Source of the DNA: an uncultured Gemmataceae bacterium
GTDB taxonomy: Bacteria > Planctomycetota > Planctomycetia > Gemmatales > Gemmataceae
Length of the DNA: 64,000 bases
NCBI GenBank assembly: GCA_963750165.1
Contig: CAVVPN010000003.1
Coordinates: 640,001 to 704,000 of the forward strand
Direction of reading: 5' to 3'
The notes beneath the pieces were generated by a model that saw only the letters and a program-made list of their open reading frames with translations, was not told the DNA's origin and did not search any database. Position numbers and translations under genes: made by a program. Shown here piece by piece: positions 18,613-28,572 of the stretch. How positions within the stretch are numbered: position 1 is the first letter of the stretch; each line of letters begins with the position of its first letter.

Positions 18613-19809
18613 GTGACACGCCTGTTTTCCCTGGACCGCTTCACCGACTTCGGCCCCAACCGCCTGCTGCCGGACGCGCCGCCGGCCAGGCTCTGGCACG
18701 TCCCGGGTCGATCCACGGCGCTGCGCAGCGCCGTCCGCACCGGCTGCCCGCGCAAGCCCGGCGTCTACGGCATGCTCGATCAGCACGGCGACCTCATCTA
18801 CATCGGCAAGGCCAAGCAGTTGCGCACGCGCCTGCTAAGCTACTTCCGCCCGCGCAGCCGCGACGAAAAGGCCGGCCGCATTGTGGATAACACGTTCGGG
18901 CTGGTCTGGGAGGTGAACCCCAGCGAGTTCGCGGCCCTGCACCGCGAACTGGAGCTGATCCAGCGCTGGCGGCCGCGCTTCAATGTCGCGGGCAAGCCGA
19001 ACGGCTGGCGCTACACCTACGTCTGCCTGGGCCGCAAACCGGCCCCTTACGTCTACCTGGCGGCGCGGCCGCCGGCGTCGGCCCAGGCGTTCTTCGGCCC
19101 CGTCGCCGCGGGCAGTCGCGCCTTCGAGGCGGTGCGGCGCGTCAACGATCACTTTCGGCTGCGCGACTGCCCGCAGAAACAGGAGATGGTCTTCGCGGAT
19201 CAGCAGGACCTGTTCCCTGTCGAGCGCACCGCCGGCTGTTTGCGCTACGAGATCGGCACCTGTCTGGGGCCGTGCGCCGCCGCCTGCACACGCAGCGCTT
19301 ACGCCGCGCAGGTCAACGCTGTCGCCGCGTTTCTGCACGGCCGGGATCTGACCATCCTGAAGGACGTGCAGCGTGCCATGACCGCGGCGGCCGCGGCCCA
19401 GGAATTCGAGCGCGCCGCCGTGCTCCGCGACAAGTTCGAGGTGCTGGGCTGGCTGTACGAGCAACTGGAGCAATTGCGGCTGGCCCGGACGAGTCCGTCG
19501 GTGGTGTACCCGGTGCGCGGCCACGACGGCAACATGATATGGTATCTGATCCACGGCGGCCGGGCAGTCGTCGGCACGCCGGCGCCGCGCGACGCCACGG
19601 AGTGGGCCCGGGTGGCGGCGCTGATGCAGCGCGTGTTCCGGCCGGGCGATGGTGAGTTGACGGCGACGGCGCCGGTGGAGGGGGTGCTGCTGGTGGCGTC
19701 GTGGTTCCGGCGCTTCCCCGAGGAGCGCAAACGGGCCATGACCCCCGAGCAAGCACTGAACGATTCACCACAAAGACACAAAGCACACAAAGAAAACGAA
19801 ATGCATTGA
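18613..19809 (+). CDS. UvrC/Cho-like GIY-YIG excinuclease with UVR domain
   Basis: PGVYGM...IYIGKAKQLRTRLLSYF, ELELIQRWRPRFN, CLRYEIGTCLGPC and AQEFERAAVLRD. Confidence 0.85.
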   Translation: MTRLFSLDRFTDFGPNRLLPDAPPARLWHVPGRSTALRSAVRTGCPRKPGVYGMLDQHGDLIYIGKAKQLRTRLLSYFRPRSRDEKAGRIVDNTFGLVWEVNPSEFAALHRELELIQRWRPRFNVAGKPNGWRYTYVCLGRKPAPYVYLAARPPASAQAFFGPVAAGSRAFEAVRRVNDHFRLRDCPQKQEMVFADQQDLFPVERTAGCLRYEIGTCLGPCAAACTRSAYAAQVNAVAAFLHGRDLTILKDVQRAMTAAAAAQEFERAAVLRDKFEVLGWLYEQLEQLRLARTSPSVVYPVRGHDGNMIWYLIHGGRAVVGTPAPRDATEWARVAALMQRVFRPGDGELTATAPVEGVLLVASWFRRFPEERKRAMTPEQALNDSPQRHKAHKENEMH

Positions 19810-19859
19810 ACCGATTTCTTTCTTTACTCTTTGCCTTTTCTTTGTGTCTTTGTGGTGAA
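19764..19859. repeat. Inverted repeat built of CACAAAG microrepeats (MITE/REP-like)
   Basis: ttcaccacaaagacacaaag ... ctttgtgtctttgtggtgaa, 20-bp perfect arms. Confidence 0.85.
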
Positions 19860-19866
19860 ACCTCTT

Positions 19867-20439
19867 TCAACCGTGATCGCCGTGGGGCCGCACCTTCTCG
19901 TACATCAGCCTGACCAGCTTTTCCAGCAAATCAATGTATTCCGTGCCGGCGATCACCTGCACCTGTCCCATGAGCTTGCGTTTGCGCTCCAGGAACTCGA
20001 TGAAGCGCTCAACACCGATGCTCGTCAGCGCGGCGCCGCTGCCCTGCATGGCTAGCAACTCGTCGATCTCCTGCGGACTCAGCTGGCGGGCGCGATCCTG
20101 GTTGCGGTCCAGCCACGCCACCAGTTCGGGGTTGGTCACCTGCTCGTACAGCCGGCTCAGTGTCTCGTCGCTGGTCGCTGGGATGCCGTTCATCCGCGCC
20201 AGCAGCCGGTCCAGCGGCAGGTTGCGCAGGTCGCTCACCGGCAGGCCCAGCGCCTTGGCGCAGGCGCTGACGGTCGAGTTGCGCAGGTGGCGGCCGCCCT
20301 CCTTGAGGATCGTCCGCACCGTTTGCCGGTTCAGGTTGGTAATGCGCGAGAAATCCTCGTAGTTCCAGCCTTTCTCCTCGACCAGCCGCGCGATCTTCGC
20401 GGCCAGCGCTGCCGAGTTGTCCTGCGATAATTCGTTCAT
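19867..20439 (-). CDS. XRE-family HTH transcriptional regulator
   Basis: N-terminal KGWNYEDFSRITNLNRQTVRTIL...AKALGLPVSDL. Confidence 0.75.
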   Translation of the reverse strand: MNELSQDNSAALAAKIARLVEEKGWNYEDFSRITNLNRQTVRTILKEGGRHLRNSTVSACAKALGLPVSDLRNLPLDRLLARMNGIPATSDETLSRLYEQVTNPELVAWLDRNQDRARQLSPQEIDELLAMQGSGAALTSIGVERFIEFLERKRKLMGQVQVIAGTEYIDLLEKLVRLMYEKVRPHGDHG

Positions 20440-20530
20440 ATTCGGCGATTGTAAAGCCCCGCTGTACGTCCGTGAAGAGGAGTTGTGCGGTCTGGTCGAA
20501 AAAACCGGACTCCACCCCTAAAATTGAACC

Positions 20531-21370
20531 ATGCGATCCTCATTACGCGACAAAATTGTCCTCGTCACGGGTGGCTCATCGGGCATCGGTCGGGCCACCG
20601 CTCTGCGGTTGGCGGCCCTCGGTGCCCGCGTCAGCCTGGCGTCGCGCAACGCGGCGGCGCTGGAGGTGGTGGCGCAGCAAATCAAGGACGCCGGCTCCGA
20701 GGCGTTGGTGGTGCCGACGGACGTGACCGACGCGGAGCAGTGCCGGCGGGCGGTCGAGGCGACGGTGGAGCGCTTCGGCGGCCTGGACGTGGCGCTGAAC
20801 TCGGCGGGCCTGTCGATGCGGGCGTACTTCGAGCACTGCGCGCTTGCCGGCATGGAAACCGTCATGCGTGTCAACTTCTTCGGCACGCTGTACGTGACGC
20901 ACTTCGCGCTGCCGCATGTCATTCAGCGGCGCGGCTCGCTGGTGGCGCTGAGCAGCCTGACGGGCATCCGCGGCGTGCCGTCGTATTCGCTCTACGGGGC
21001 AAGCAAGTTCGCGGTGCGCGGGCTGTACCAGGCGCTGCGGTTGGAGCTGAAGCGGCACGGCGTTCACGTGGGGGTGGTGTCACCGGGATTCGTGGCGACT
21101 CCCCTGCGCGAGAACGTGCTGGGGCCGGACGGCCGGCCGTGGCCGGAGCCGCCGGCGCCGCCGTTCCGCGTCTGGCCGGTGGAGAAGGTGGCGGATAAGG
21201 TGGTGCGGTTGATCGTCAAGCGGCGGGCGGAGGCGCTGATCCCGTGGTGGGTGGGACCGGTGCTGAAGCTGGACGAGTTGGTGGTGATGTCTTGGATCGG
21301 CGACGCGGTGCTGCGCTGGAAGCTCCCGCCGGAACGGATCGACGGGGACGCGAAAGGGGGGACGGCATGA
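20531..21370 (+). CDS. Short-chain dehydrogenase/reductase
   Basis: TGGSSGIG, NSAG, YGASK and PGFVAT motifs. Confidence 0.92.
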   Translation: MRSSLRDKIVLVTGGSSGIGRATALRLAALGARVSLASRNAAALEVVAQQIKDAGSEALVVPTDVTDAEQCRRAVEATVERFGGLDVALNSAGLSMRAYFEHCALAGMETVMRVNFFGTLYVTHFALPHVIQRRGSLVALSSLTGIRGVPSYSLYGASKFAVRGLYQALRLELKRHGVHVGVVSPGFVATPLRENVLGPDGRPWPEPPAPPFRVWPVEKVADKVVRLIVKRRAEALIPWWVGPVLKLDELVVMSWIGDAVLRWKLPPERIDGDAKGGTA

Positions 21371-22077
21371 CGGAGGCGGAATGGCCGGCGTTCGCTGATC
21401 CCGGGCCGATGTTGCGCCACCTGACCGGCAAGATCAGCGAGCGGAAATTGCGGCTCTTCGCCTGTGGCTGTAGCCGCCGCCTGCTGCCTTTGTTGCGTGA
21501 CCCGCGGCTGGAGGAAGTGCTACTCCTGGCCGAGCAACTGGCCGAGGGGATGGCCAGCGCCAAGGAGCGGTTGCTGGTCCTGGTGGACGCGATTCAAACA
21601 GAAGCCACCGCAACGCCACCGGCAACAGCGGCCTATCAAGGCATCATGGGGTTTCTACTCGTCTGCTGCTTCCCCAATCACGCCATGTTCGAGTTGGGGT
21701 TACGTTCACTGGCCAACGCGGTTGCCTGGGACACGATGCCGGGGGCGACCATTGTGGAAGACGATTGGGCTTCCCCCCATGATCCAGAGTGGCAAGCGGC
21801 GTACACGGCGGAGCGGAGACGACAGGCGATCTTGCTTCGTGATGTGGTTGCCAATCCCTTTCGTCCGGTCGCCCTCCCCGTCCTCTGGTTGTCCTCGACC
21901 GTGGTTCAGTTGGCTCAAGCGGTTTACGATGAACGGGCGTTCGACCGCCTTCCCATTCTTGCGGACGCCCTCGAAGAAGCCGGCTGCACCGACACCGCCA
22001 TCCTCGGCCATTGCCGCCAACCCGGCGAGCACGTCCGCGGCTGCTGGGTGATCGACCTCCTGCTTGGGAAACAATAA
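21367..22077 (+). CDS. Gemmata-type paralogous family hypothetical protein
   Basis: MTEAEW..DP..ML, RKLRLFAC, NPFRPV, LPILADALEEAGC and HVRGCWVIDLLLGK signature; ATGA overlap with the SDR gene. Confidence 0.8.
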   Translation: MTEAEWPAFADPGPMLRHLTGKISERKLRLFACGCSRRLLPLLRDPRLEEVLLLAEQLAEGMASAKERLLVLVDAIQTEATATPPATAAYQGIMGFLLVCCFPNHAMFELGLRSLANAVAWDTMPGATIVEDDWASPHDPEWQAAYTAERRRQAILLRDVVANPFRPVALPVLWLSSTVVQLAQAVYDERAFDRLPILADALEEAGCTDTAILGHCRQPGEHVRGCWVIDLLLGKQ

Positions 22078-22238
22078 CACCTCTATTTCCGCGCTCCGAT
22101 TTCCGATAACAACTTTGCCGGATAAAGTTCACTTGACATCTACCGCCCACATCGTTAACTTTGCCGCGTAAAGTAATTGGCAGGTTGAAGCCCAGGCGGT
22201 CCACACCGCCCCGCTCCCCCATTGTCCCAGGAGGTGCC

Positions 22239-23061
22239 ATGTCCCCCGTTGACCGGCCCGCCCCAACCGCCGCCGGCCCCGCGGCTTCGCGCCGCTGGGT
22301 GCGCTACTTCCACAAAAACGCCGGCGCATTACTGCCGATCCCCTGGCACGACGGGCCGACGCTGACGCCCGCGGAGGGCGCCGCGGTGCTGCCGTCGTTG
22401 CGCGAGTTCCAGCGCGGCGAAAGCCTGGAGGGCCGCCACTTCTTCGTGGTCGCCCGCGCCCACGCCGAGCGCGCCGGCGACCCGGAGTACGCCGAGGCGC
22501 ACCGCCTGTTCATGGCCGAGGAGCGGCGGCACGGCGACACCCTGGCCCGCTTCCTGCGCCAGGAGGGGACCGCGCCGCTGGAGCACTGCACGACGGCCAG
22601 CTGGCTCTTCCGCTGGTGCGGCAGCCGCGCCGGCCTGGAGTTGATCCTCCTTGTCGTCCTGTTCGCGGAGGTGCTCGCCCAGGTGTACTACCGCGCCCTG
22701 CTCGCCGCCACCGGCTCGCCGACGCTGCGCCGGTTGTGCGTCCAGCTGCTGTGCGACGAGGCCCAGCACGTCCGCTTTCACTGCGAGCGGCTCGCCCTGC
22801 TGCGCCGCGGCCGGCCCGCCTGGCGGCGGGCGCTGACGCGCCTCGTGGATCACGCCCTGTTCTGTTGTGCGTTCCTGGTGTGCTGGTGGGGCCACGCCCG
22901 CGCCCTGCGCCGGCGGCCACGGCCTGTGCCGCACCTGGCACGCCGCCCGCGCCAAGTACCGTCGCGCCCGCGGCCTGATGCGCCTGCCGCCCCAGATCAC
23001 GTGGGACAGGCTTCCAGCCTGTCAGGTCAACGACAGGCTGGAAGCCTGTCCCACGATTTAA
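22239..23061 (+). pseudogene. Ferritin-like dimetal-carboxylate protein, frameshifted at ~22910
   Basis: FQRGE, EERRH, EVLA..YY and DEAQH motifs. Restoring 2 bp (GC) in ctgcgc|cggc gives ...ARALRAGGHGL... ending at TAA 23061. Confidence 0.7.
23000..23055. repeat. REP-like palindrome (cgtgggacaggcttccagcctgtc family), copy 1
   Basis: 24-bp perfect arms around an 8-nt loop. Confidence 0.9.
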
Positions 23062-23088
23062 TCCCCGTTCTCAACCCAGGAGCCTGTC

Positions 23089-24600
23089 ATGACCACGGAG
23101 TGGTTCCCCCGCGCCATGCGCGTCGCCCCGCACCTCGACCCGAACCTGCGCACCGGCCCGGTTCAGTCGAAGCACGCCCTGCTGTTGAACCCGTTCTACC
23201 GCAAGGACCCGCACGCCAGCTTTGGCAAGCACGTCCTGACGCCGAGCCTGGCGCTGACCAGCATCGCCGCCGCGACGCCCCCCGACTGGACCGTGCAATA
23301 CTGGGACGAGAACCTCCTGCAAGGCCCGCCGCCCGCGGAGCCGTTCCCGCAGGTGGTCGGCATCAGCGTGCACCTGACCTTCGCCCGCCGCGCCTACGAG
23401 CTGGCCGACTGGTATCGCCGCCGCGGTGCCACCGTCATCATGGGCGGCCTGCACGTGCTGTCCTGCCCCGACGAGGTTCGGCCGCACGCCGACGCCGTGG
23501 TCCTGGGCGAGGGCGTCCACGTCTGGGGCGAGCTGCTGCGCGACGTGGAGCGCGGCCAACTGCGGCCGGTCTACCACGGCGACTACCGCCGCCCCTACCG
23601 CGACGATCCGCCGCCGCGCCGCGACCTGCTGCCGCGCGACAGCTTCTTGACGACGACGAGCCTGATCGCGACGCGCGGCTGTCACAACCGCTGCGGCTTC
23701 TGCTACCTGGCCACCGACGGCCTGCACATGCCCTACCTGACGCGCGACGTGGAACAGGTCGTCGCCGAGTTCGCCGCGGACGGCCAGCCCTACGCGGTCT
23801 TCGTGGACAACAACCTCGGCTCGAAACCGGAGTACTTGCGGGCGCTGTGCCGGGCGCTGCGGCCGCTGGAAAAGATCTGGAGTGCCGCGGTCACCATTGA
23901 CGTGACGGACGACCCGGCGCTGGTGCGCGAGATGGCGCTGGCGGGCTGCACGGGGGTGTTCGTCGGCTTCGAGTCGCTGCAGGGCGAGAACCTCGACGAC
24001 GCCCGCAAAAAGACGCCGCGGCCGGAGGACTACGCCCGCCGTGTCGCCCTGTTGCACGACCACGGCATCCAGGTCAACGGCAGTTTCGTGCTCGGCTTCG
24101 ACCACGACCGGCCCGACGTGTTCGCGCGGACGGTGGAGTGGATCGAGACGAACCGCCTGGAATGCGCTACGTTCCACATCATGACGCCCTACCCGGGCAC
24201 GCCGCTTTACCGCCAGCTGGAGGCGGAGGGCCGGCTGCTGCACCGCGACTGGGAACGGTACGACACGGGGCACGTCGTTTTCCGGCCGAAGCACATGACG
24301 GTGGAGCAACTGGCGGAGGGTTATGCGTGGTGCTACCGGCGGCTGTTCTCGCACGCCTCGATTTGGCGGCGGCGGCCACGGGACGCACGGGCGGTGCTGC
24401 CGTACCTGGCGATGTCGTACCTGTATAAGCGGAGTAATCGGCTCTGGTACTGGTTGATTCGGCAGCGCCTGACGGCGGCGGTGTGGCGGGGGTTGGTGGA
24501 GTGTACGCGGCGCCGGCACGTGCGTTTTCGCCGTGAACTGGCGACGGCCGCGGAGCCGGCGGTGCGACGGGCGGCGGCGGTGCTGTCGGCGGGGGTGTGA
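23089..24600 (+). CDS. B12-binding domain radical SAM protein
   Basis: VGIS..., MGGLH.LSCPDE, GEG in the B12-binding domain; RGCHNRCGFC (CxxxCxxC); FVGFES; TPYPGT. Confidence 0.9.
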   Translation: MTTEWFPRAMRVAPHLDPNLRTGPVQSKHALLLNPFYRKDPHASFGKHVLTPSLALTSIAAATPPDWTVQYWDENLLQGPPPAEPFPQVVGISVHLTFARRAYELADWYRRRGATVIMGGLHVLSCPDEVRPHADAVVLGEGVHVWGELLRDVERGQLRPVYHGDYRRPYRDDPPPRRDLLPRDSFLTTTSLIATRGCHNRCGFCYLATDGLHMPYLTRDVEQVVAEFAADGQPYAVFVDNNLGSKPEYLRALCRALRPLEKIWSAAVTIDVTDDPALVREMALAGCTGVFVGFESLQGENLDDARKKTPRPEDYARRVALLHDHGIQVNGSFVLGFDHDRPDVFARTVEWIETNRLECATFHIMTPYPGTPLYRQLEAEGRLLHRDWERYDTGHVVFRPKHMTVEQLAEGYAWCYRRLFSHASIWRRRPRDARAVLPYLAMSYLYKRSNRLWYWLIRQRLTAAVWRGLVECTRRRHVRFRRELATAAEPAVRRAAAVLSAGV

Positions 24601-24624
24601 CGATGAGCCGCCGTTGCGGCGCCG

Positions 24625-25848
24625 CTACTTCCGGATGCGAGCGTTGACGGCGACCAGGGCCTCGCTGGCCGCGGTGCGCACGTTGCGGTCGCGATCCTTC
24701 TGCAACTGACGCAGCGTCGGCAGGCAGTTCGCGGTGCCGATGCGGTTGAGGATGCGGCACGCTTCCAGACGGATGCCGGCGTCCCTGTCCGTGGCGGACT
24801 GCAACACGAGCGCTTCCGCCGCCGGGCCGTAGTTTTGCAGCACCTTGCTGGCCTGCTCCCGATCCGGCCCAAGCCGCAGCCAGATGCGTTCGAGAGCGCG
24901 CGGGTCACGCAGGTCGCCCAGCACCTCCAGCGCCAGGTGCCGCACCCCGGCGTCGTTGTGGTCGAGCAGATCCACCAGCGCTGTCGTGCTGTTCGGGGTC
25001 GCCCACTTCTTCAGCAGCGGCCGGGCCGTGTCCCGGTTCAGATCATTCTGATTCTTGATCCGCTCCAGCACCTTGTTCGTCACCTCGGCGCGCAGGGCCT
25101 CGTCCACCGGCTGCTTGTTCAGCAGGTCCAGCCCCAGCTGCCGCACGCCGCCATCGCTGTTGTCGATCAGTTTGAGCAGCGCCGGCACGCTGTCCGGCCC
25201 GGCCCAGTGGCGCACCGTCTGCCGCGCCGCCTCGCGGGTAAAGCCGTTGCCGTCGTTGACGTTTTCAATGGCCCGCTCCACCACTTCCTGACGCCGATGC
25301 GCCAGCACCGGCGCCCGCGCCAGCGCTTCGAAGGCGTCCTTGCGCCGCCAGCCGTCCGCCTCGTGGGTGACCGCCAGCACCTGCGTCAACTGCTCGTCGT
25401 TCTGCGGCGTCTCGATTTTTTGCGGGCCGAGCATGGACAGGCTCAAGAAACTGCCACCGAAGATGAACCAAAAAACCGTGCGGACCACGATGCCGATGCC
25501 GCACGCCACACTGAGGAAGATCGTGCCCGCAATCAGCTCTCGGGCCCACACCGACTTCACCCGTCGCGGCTTGCGGACGTTGGGGCCTTTGGGCGGCGGG
25601 ATCAGTTCGTCGGGGGGCGGCCGGCGCTGGGACTCGTCGCGCTCTGGGATCAGGCTGCGACCGCGGCCGCGCCGCGCTGGCAGCACTTCCGGGATGGGTT
25701 CGTCCTCGGTAATTTCTTCCGCGAGCGGTTCCGGCGCCCGCACGGTGAACGGCTGCTTGCAACTGGGGCAGCGGACGCGCTTGCCCAGCAATTCGTCCGG
25801 GACCGCCACCGGCCTGGCGCAATCGGGACAGGTCATCTCAATGGACAT
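24625..25848 (-). CDS. Zn-ribbon + transmembrane + HEAT-repeat protein
   Basis: CPDC...VRCPSC N-terminus, hydrophobic segments, repeated 'DxDAGVRxxALxxL' HEAT motifs. Confidence 0.8.
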   Translation of the reverse strand: MSIEMTCPDCARPVAVPDELLGKRVRCPSCKQPFTVRAPEPLAEEITEDEPIPEVLPARRGRGRSLIPERDESQRRPPPDELIPPPKGPNVRKPRRVKSVWARELIAGTIFLSVACGIGIVVRTVFWFIFGGSFLSLSMLGPQKIETPQNDEQLTQVLAVTHEADGWRRKDAFEALARAPVLAHRRQEVVERAIENVNDGNGFTREAARQTVRHWAGPDSVPALLKLIDNSDGGVRQLGLDLLNKQPVDEALRAEVTNKVLERIKNQNDLNRDTARPLLKKWATPNSTTALVDLLDHNDAGVRHLALEVLGDLRDPRALERIWLRLGPDREQASKVLQNYGPAAEALVLQSATDRDAGIRLEACRILNRIGTANCLPTLRQLQKDRDRNVRTAASEALVAVNARIRK

Positions 25849-25877
25849 GGTCGTGGCCGGGTGAAGGTGGGCTGTTT

Positions 25878-25931
25878 TTTACCGCTGCTTGCGACCTGGC
25901 GCACGTCCGCCAGGTCGCAAGCAGCGGTAAA
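25878..25931. repeat. REP-like palindrome / terminator
   Basis: tttaccgctgcttgcgacctggcg-cacgtc-cgccaggtcgcaagcagcggtaaa. Confidence 0.8.
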
Positions 25932-25946
25932 GCAGACGAGGACGGG

Positions 25947-26909
25947 TCAACGGTGGCTGAAGCGCTTGGCGACGCCGGTCAGCTCCATGGCCAGGGTGGT
26001 CGCCAGCAGCAGCACCTTGAGGTTGGGATGCTCGCGCACTTCCTCGTTCATGGTGATGGTCGTGCCAACCGCGCCCCAGATAAACTTGACCTTCTTGGCC
26101 TCAGACGCCTCGTCGGAAATGCGCGCCAGGTTGCGGCCGTCCTCCGAGTCGAAGTCGATGTAGCTCTTCAGGAAGTAGGGCTTGACCTCCGCGATCTGAT
26201 TGTCGTCGGCGTCGTAGACCCAGAAGCCGCCGCGCAGCGAGAACAACTTGGTCTGGAAGTAGCCGATCTTCTCCGCGAACTGGTTGAAGATCTCGATCTT
26301 GGTCACGAACGAGAACCACTGCACCGGCTTGCGCACCGTGAACAGAATCGGCCCCTTGTCCTCCTCGCGCACCTCAATTACCGTCGCCAGCCACGGTTTG
26401 ATCGATTTGATGCTGCGCAGGATCATCGTGAAGATGCCGAGACGCTCGGCGGCAATGCCCAGCTCTTCCTCGGTGTCCGGGTTGGTGATCTTGAACTTGG
26501 CGCCGCCGAAGAAGACGATCTTGGCCTTGACCTTGAAGCGGTCGTGCTTGAGCATCTCACAGGTTTCCCAGAGGTGCTCGAGTTCGTCGTCGCCTTCGTC
26601 GTCATCATCGCGGCGGGCGGGGGCCTTGGCGGCAGGCTTCTTGGCCGGGGCCGGCGGCGGCCCGGCGCTGACAGCCTTGCCGCTGGCCGCCTTCGCCGCC
26701 GGCGCCTTGGGCACGGGCGGCGGTCCACCGGCCCCCTTGACGTTGCCGTTGGCCTTGGGTGGCGCGGCCCCGGTGACGGCCGCATCGGCCGCGGGAATCT
26801 TCAGCGGCTGCTGGCAGCCGGGACAGCGGACAGTCTTGCCGGCCAACTCGTCCTTGACGCGCAGCGTCTTGGCACAGTCGGCGTTGGTGCAGGTTACCTG
26901 GATTGGCAT
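25947..26909 (-). CDS. Zn-ribbon + Pro/Ala linker + scramblase/LURP-one (tubby-like) domain protein
   Basis: CTNADC...VRCPGC; C-terminal 'FKITNPDTEEELGIAAE..., KIGYFQTKLFSLRGGFWVYD...IAEVK, KVLLLATTL' pattern. Confidence 0.7.
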   Translation of the reverse strand: MPIQVTCTNADCAKTLRVKDELAGKTVRCPGCQQPLKIPAADAAVTGAAPPKANGNVKGAGGPPPVPKAPAAKAASGKAVSAGPPPAPAKKPAAKAPARRDDDDEGDDELEHLWETCEMLKHDRFKVKAKIVFFGGAKFKITNPDTEEELGIAAERLGIFTMILRSIKSIKPWLATVIEVREEDKGPILFTVRKPVQWFSFVTKIEIFNQFAEKIGYFQTKLFSLRGGFWVYDADDNQIAEVKPYFLKSYIDFDSEDGRNLARISDEASEAKKVKFIWGAVGTTITMNEEVREHPNLKVLLLATTLAMELTGVAKRFSHR

Positions 26910-27050
26910 GGGAGGAGTCTCGCAAAAAATCGCCCGCGAGGGAGCTTGCCTGGTGTCGGCCCGGGTGGGTCCGTCTGCGATATTTCTGTGAGTATAGACA
27001 CTTCCATTCCGGAAGCGAACCAGAATTTGGAAATCCTCTCCGCCTGCGGC

Positions 27051-28382
27051 TCACAGCAATTCGTGGATGACGCGGCCGTTGGTGTTGACGACACGCACCG
27101 GCCGGCCCTCCGCAGTGTAGAACTCCTCATTCGGGTCGATGCCGAGCAGGTGATAGATGGTGGCGGCCAGGTCTTCGGGGCCATGCGCGGGGCCGTTGGG
27201 CCGCTCGGCGCGGGCGTCGGTGCGGCCGACCACGCGGCCGCCGACGATACCACCGCCGCCCAGCGCCACGGTGAACGCCGGGCCCCAGTGGTCGCGGCCG
27301 GCGTTACGGTTGATGCGCGGCGTACGGCCAAATTCGCCCGTCACCACCACCAACGTCCGTTGCAACAGGCTGCGGTCGTGCAAATCGCGGAACAGCGTCG
27401 CCAGCGCCGCGTCCAGCGACGGCAGTTGACGGCGCAACGTCGCGAAGTTGTTGTCGTGCGTGTCCCAGTTGCTGTGGTCGATGGTCACACAGCGCACGCC
27501 CGCCTCGACCAGCCGCCGCGCCATCAGGCAGCACTGGCCCAGCGAATCACGGCCGTACTCGTCGCGCAGCCGCGGCGACTCCTGGCCGATGTCGAACGCC
27601 CGCCGCGCCGCTGGCGAGGACATCAGGTTGAAGGCGTCGCGCTGGAACGTGCTCACCGCCTGGACGTGCCGGTTTGCCGTGGCCTCGGTCGCCGCGCGGA
27701 AGCGGTCGAGCTGGGCCAGGAGCTGCTGGCGGTTCTGCAGGCGGCCGGCGTCGAGGGCCGGCGGCGGCACGATGTCGGGCACGGTGAAGTTGGGGGCGTT
27801 GGGATCGGCGTCGATGACGAACGGGGCGCAGCCGGAGCCGAGGTAGGCGGGGCCGCAGCTGGGGTGCATTTTCGGCAGGCAGACGTAGGGCGGTACGCCG
27901 CCGCGCGGCCCCAGCTTGCGGGCGATGACAGCGCCGTGGGCCGGCCGCTGGTTGTTCGGCTTCAGGTTCGGGTTGAAGCCGGCCACCGGGAAGTAGCCCG
28001 TCAGCATGTAATGGTCGCCGGGACCGTGGTCGCTGTTGTGGTGGCGGAAGGCGCGGATCAGCGAAAATTTATCCAGGTGCCGGGCCGTGCGCGGCAGGTG
28101 TTCGCAGACCTGCACGCCGGGCACGTTGGTGGCGATGGGCCGGAACTCGCCGCGGAACTCCGCGGGGGCGTCCGGCTTGAGGTCAAAGGTGTCGATGGTG
28201 CTCAGGCCACCGTGCAGGAAGAGGAAGATGAGCGACACGTCGCGCGGACTGCCGCCGTGCTGGCGCGCGTGCGCCTGGAGTTCGAGCAACCGCGGCAGCG
28301 TCAGGCCGAACAGGCCCGCGGTGCCCAGGCGGAGAACGTCGCGGCGGCTGAGGCCATCGCAGAATGTACTGGCGTGTGTCAT
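27051..28382 (-). CDS. DUF1501 domain protein
   Basis: SRRDVLRLG, GGLSTIDTFDLKP, ARRLVEAGV, WDTH, GEFGRTP.IN..AGRDHW. Confidence 0.92.
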   Translation of the reverse strand: MTHASTFCDGLSRRDVLRLGTAGLFGLTLPRLLELQAHARQHGGSPRDVSLIFLFLHGGLSTIDTFDLKPDAPAEFRGEFRPIATNVPGVQVCEHLPRTARHLDKFSLIRAFRHHNSDHGPGDHYMLTGYFPVAGFNPNLKPNNQRPAHGAVIARKLGPRGGVPPYVCLPKMHPSCGPAYLGSGCAPFVIDADPNAPNFTVPDIVPPPALDAGRLQNRQQLLAQLDRFRAATEATANRHVQAVSTFQRDAFNLMSSPAARRAFDIGQESPRLRDEYGRDSLGQCCLMARRLVEAGVRCVTIDHSNWDTHDNNFATLRRQLPSLDAALATLFRDLHDRSLLQRTLVVVTGEFGRTPRINRNAGRDHWGPAFTVALGGGGIVGGRVVGRTDARAERPNGPAHGPEDLAATIYHLLGIDPNEEFYTAEGRPVRVVNTNGRVIHELL

Positions 28383-28542
28383 CGTCTTGCTCCTAACAAC
28401 TCAGCTGCGGCGGGTCTCATATTGATTATAACAAAGCCCCGATCTACTCCCGCGCATTTTCAGCCGTTTCACAACAGTCACTCCTGATGCCGAGCGCGGT
28501 CACCACGGTTGGCGGGTTGACGCCGTTGACAAGGAGACGGAC

Positions 28543-28572
28543 GCAGGTTCGAGTCCTGCCGAGGGCACACCA
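28543..28572 (+). other. Isolated tRNA 3' fragment (T-arm + acceptor strand, Arg-like), possible att-site relic
   Basis: gcagg-TTCGAGT-cctgc T-arm followed by cgagggcacacca; no complementary 5' acceptor strand upstream. Confidence 0.55.

Noticed and set aside
22161..23900. 579-aa ORF as a ferritin fusion protein
   Set aside because: After ~22910 it is out-of-frame Arg/Pro-rich sequence overlapping the radical SAM gene; explained by a frameshift.
25953..28487. 844-aa plus-strand ORF
   Set aside because: Antisense to the scramblase-like and DUF1501 genes, which carry clear family motifs.
28487..28572. Complete tRNA or tmRNA
   Set aside because: No 5' acceptor complement, D-arm or anticodon arm could be folded, and the 3' end lacks the tmRNA Ala-type CTCCACCA.
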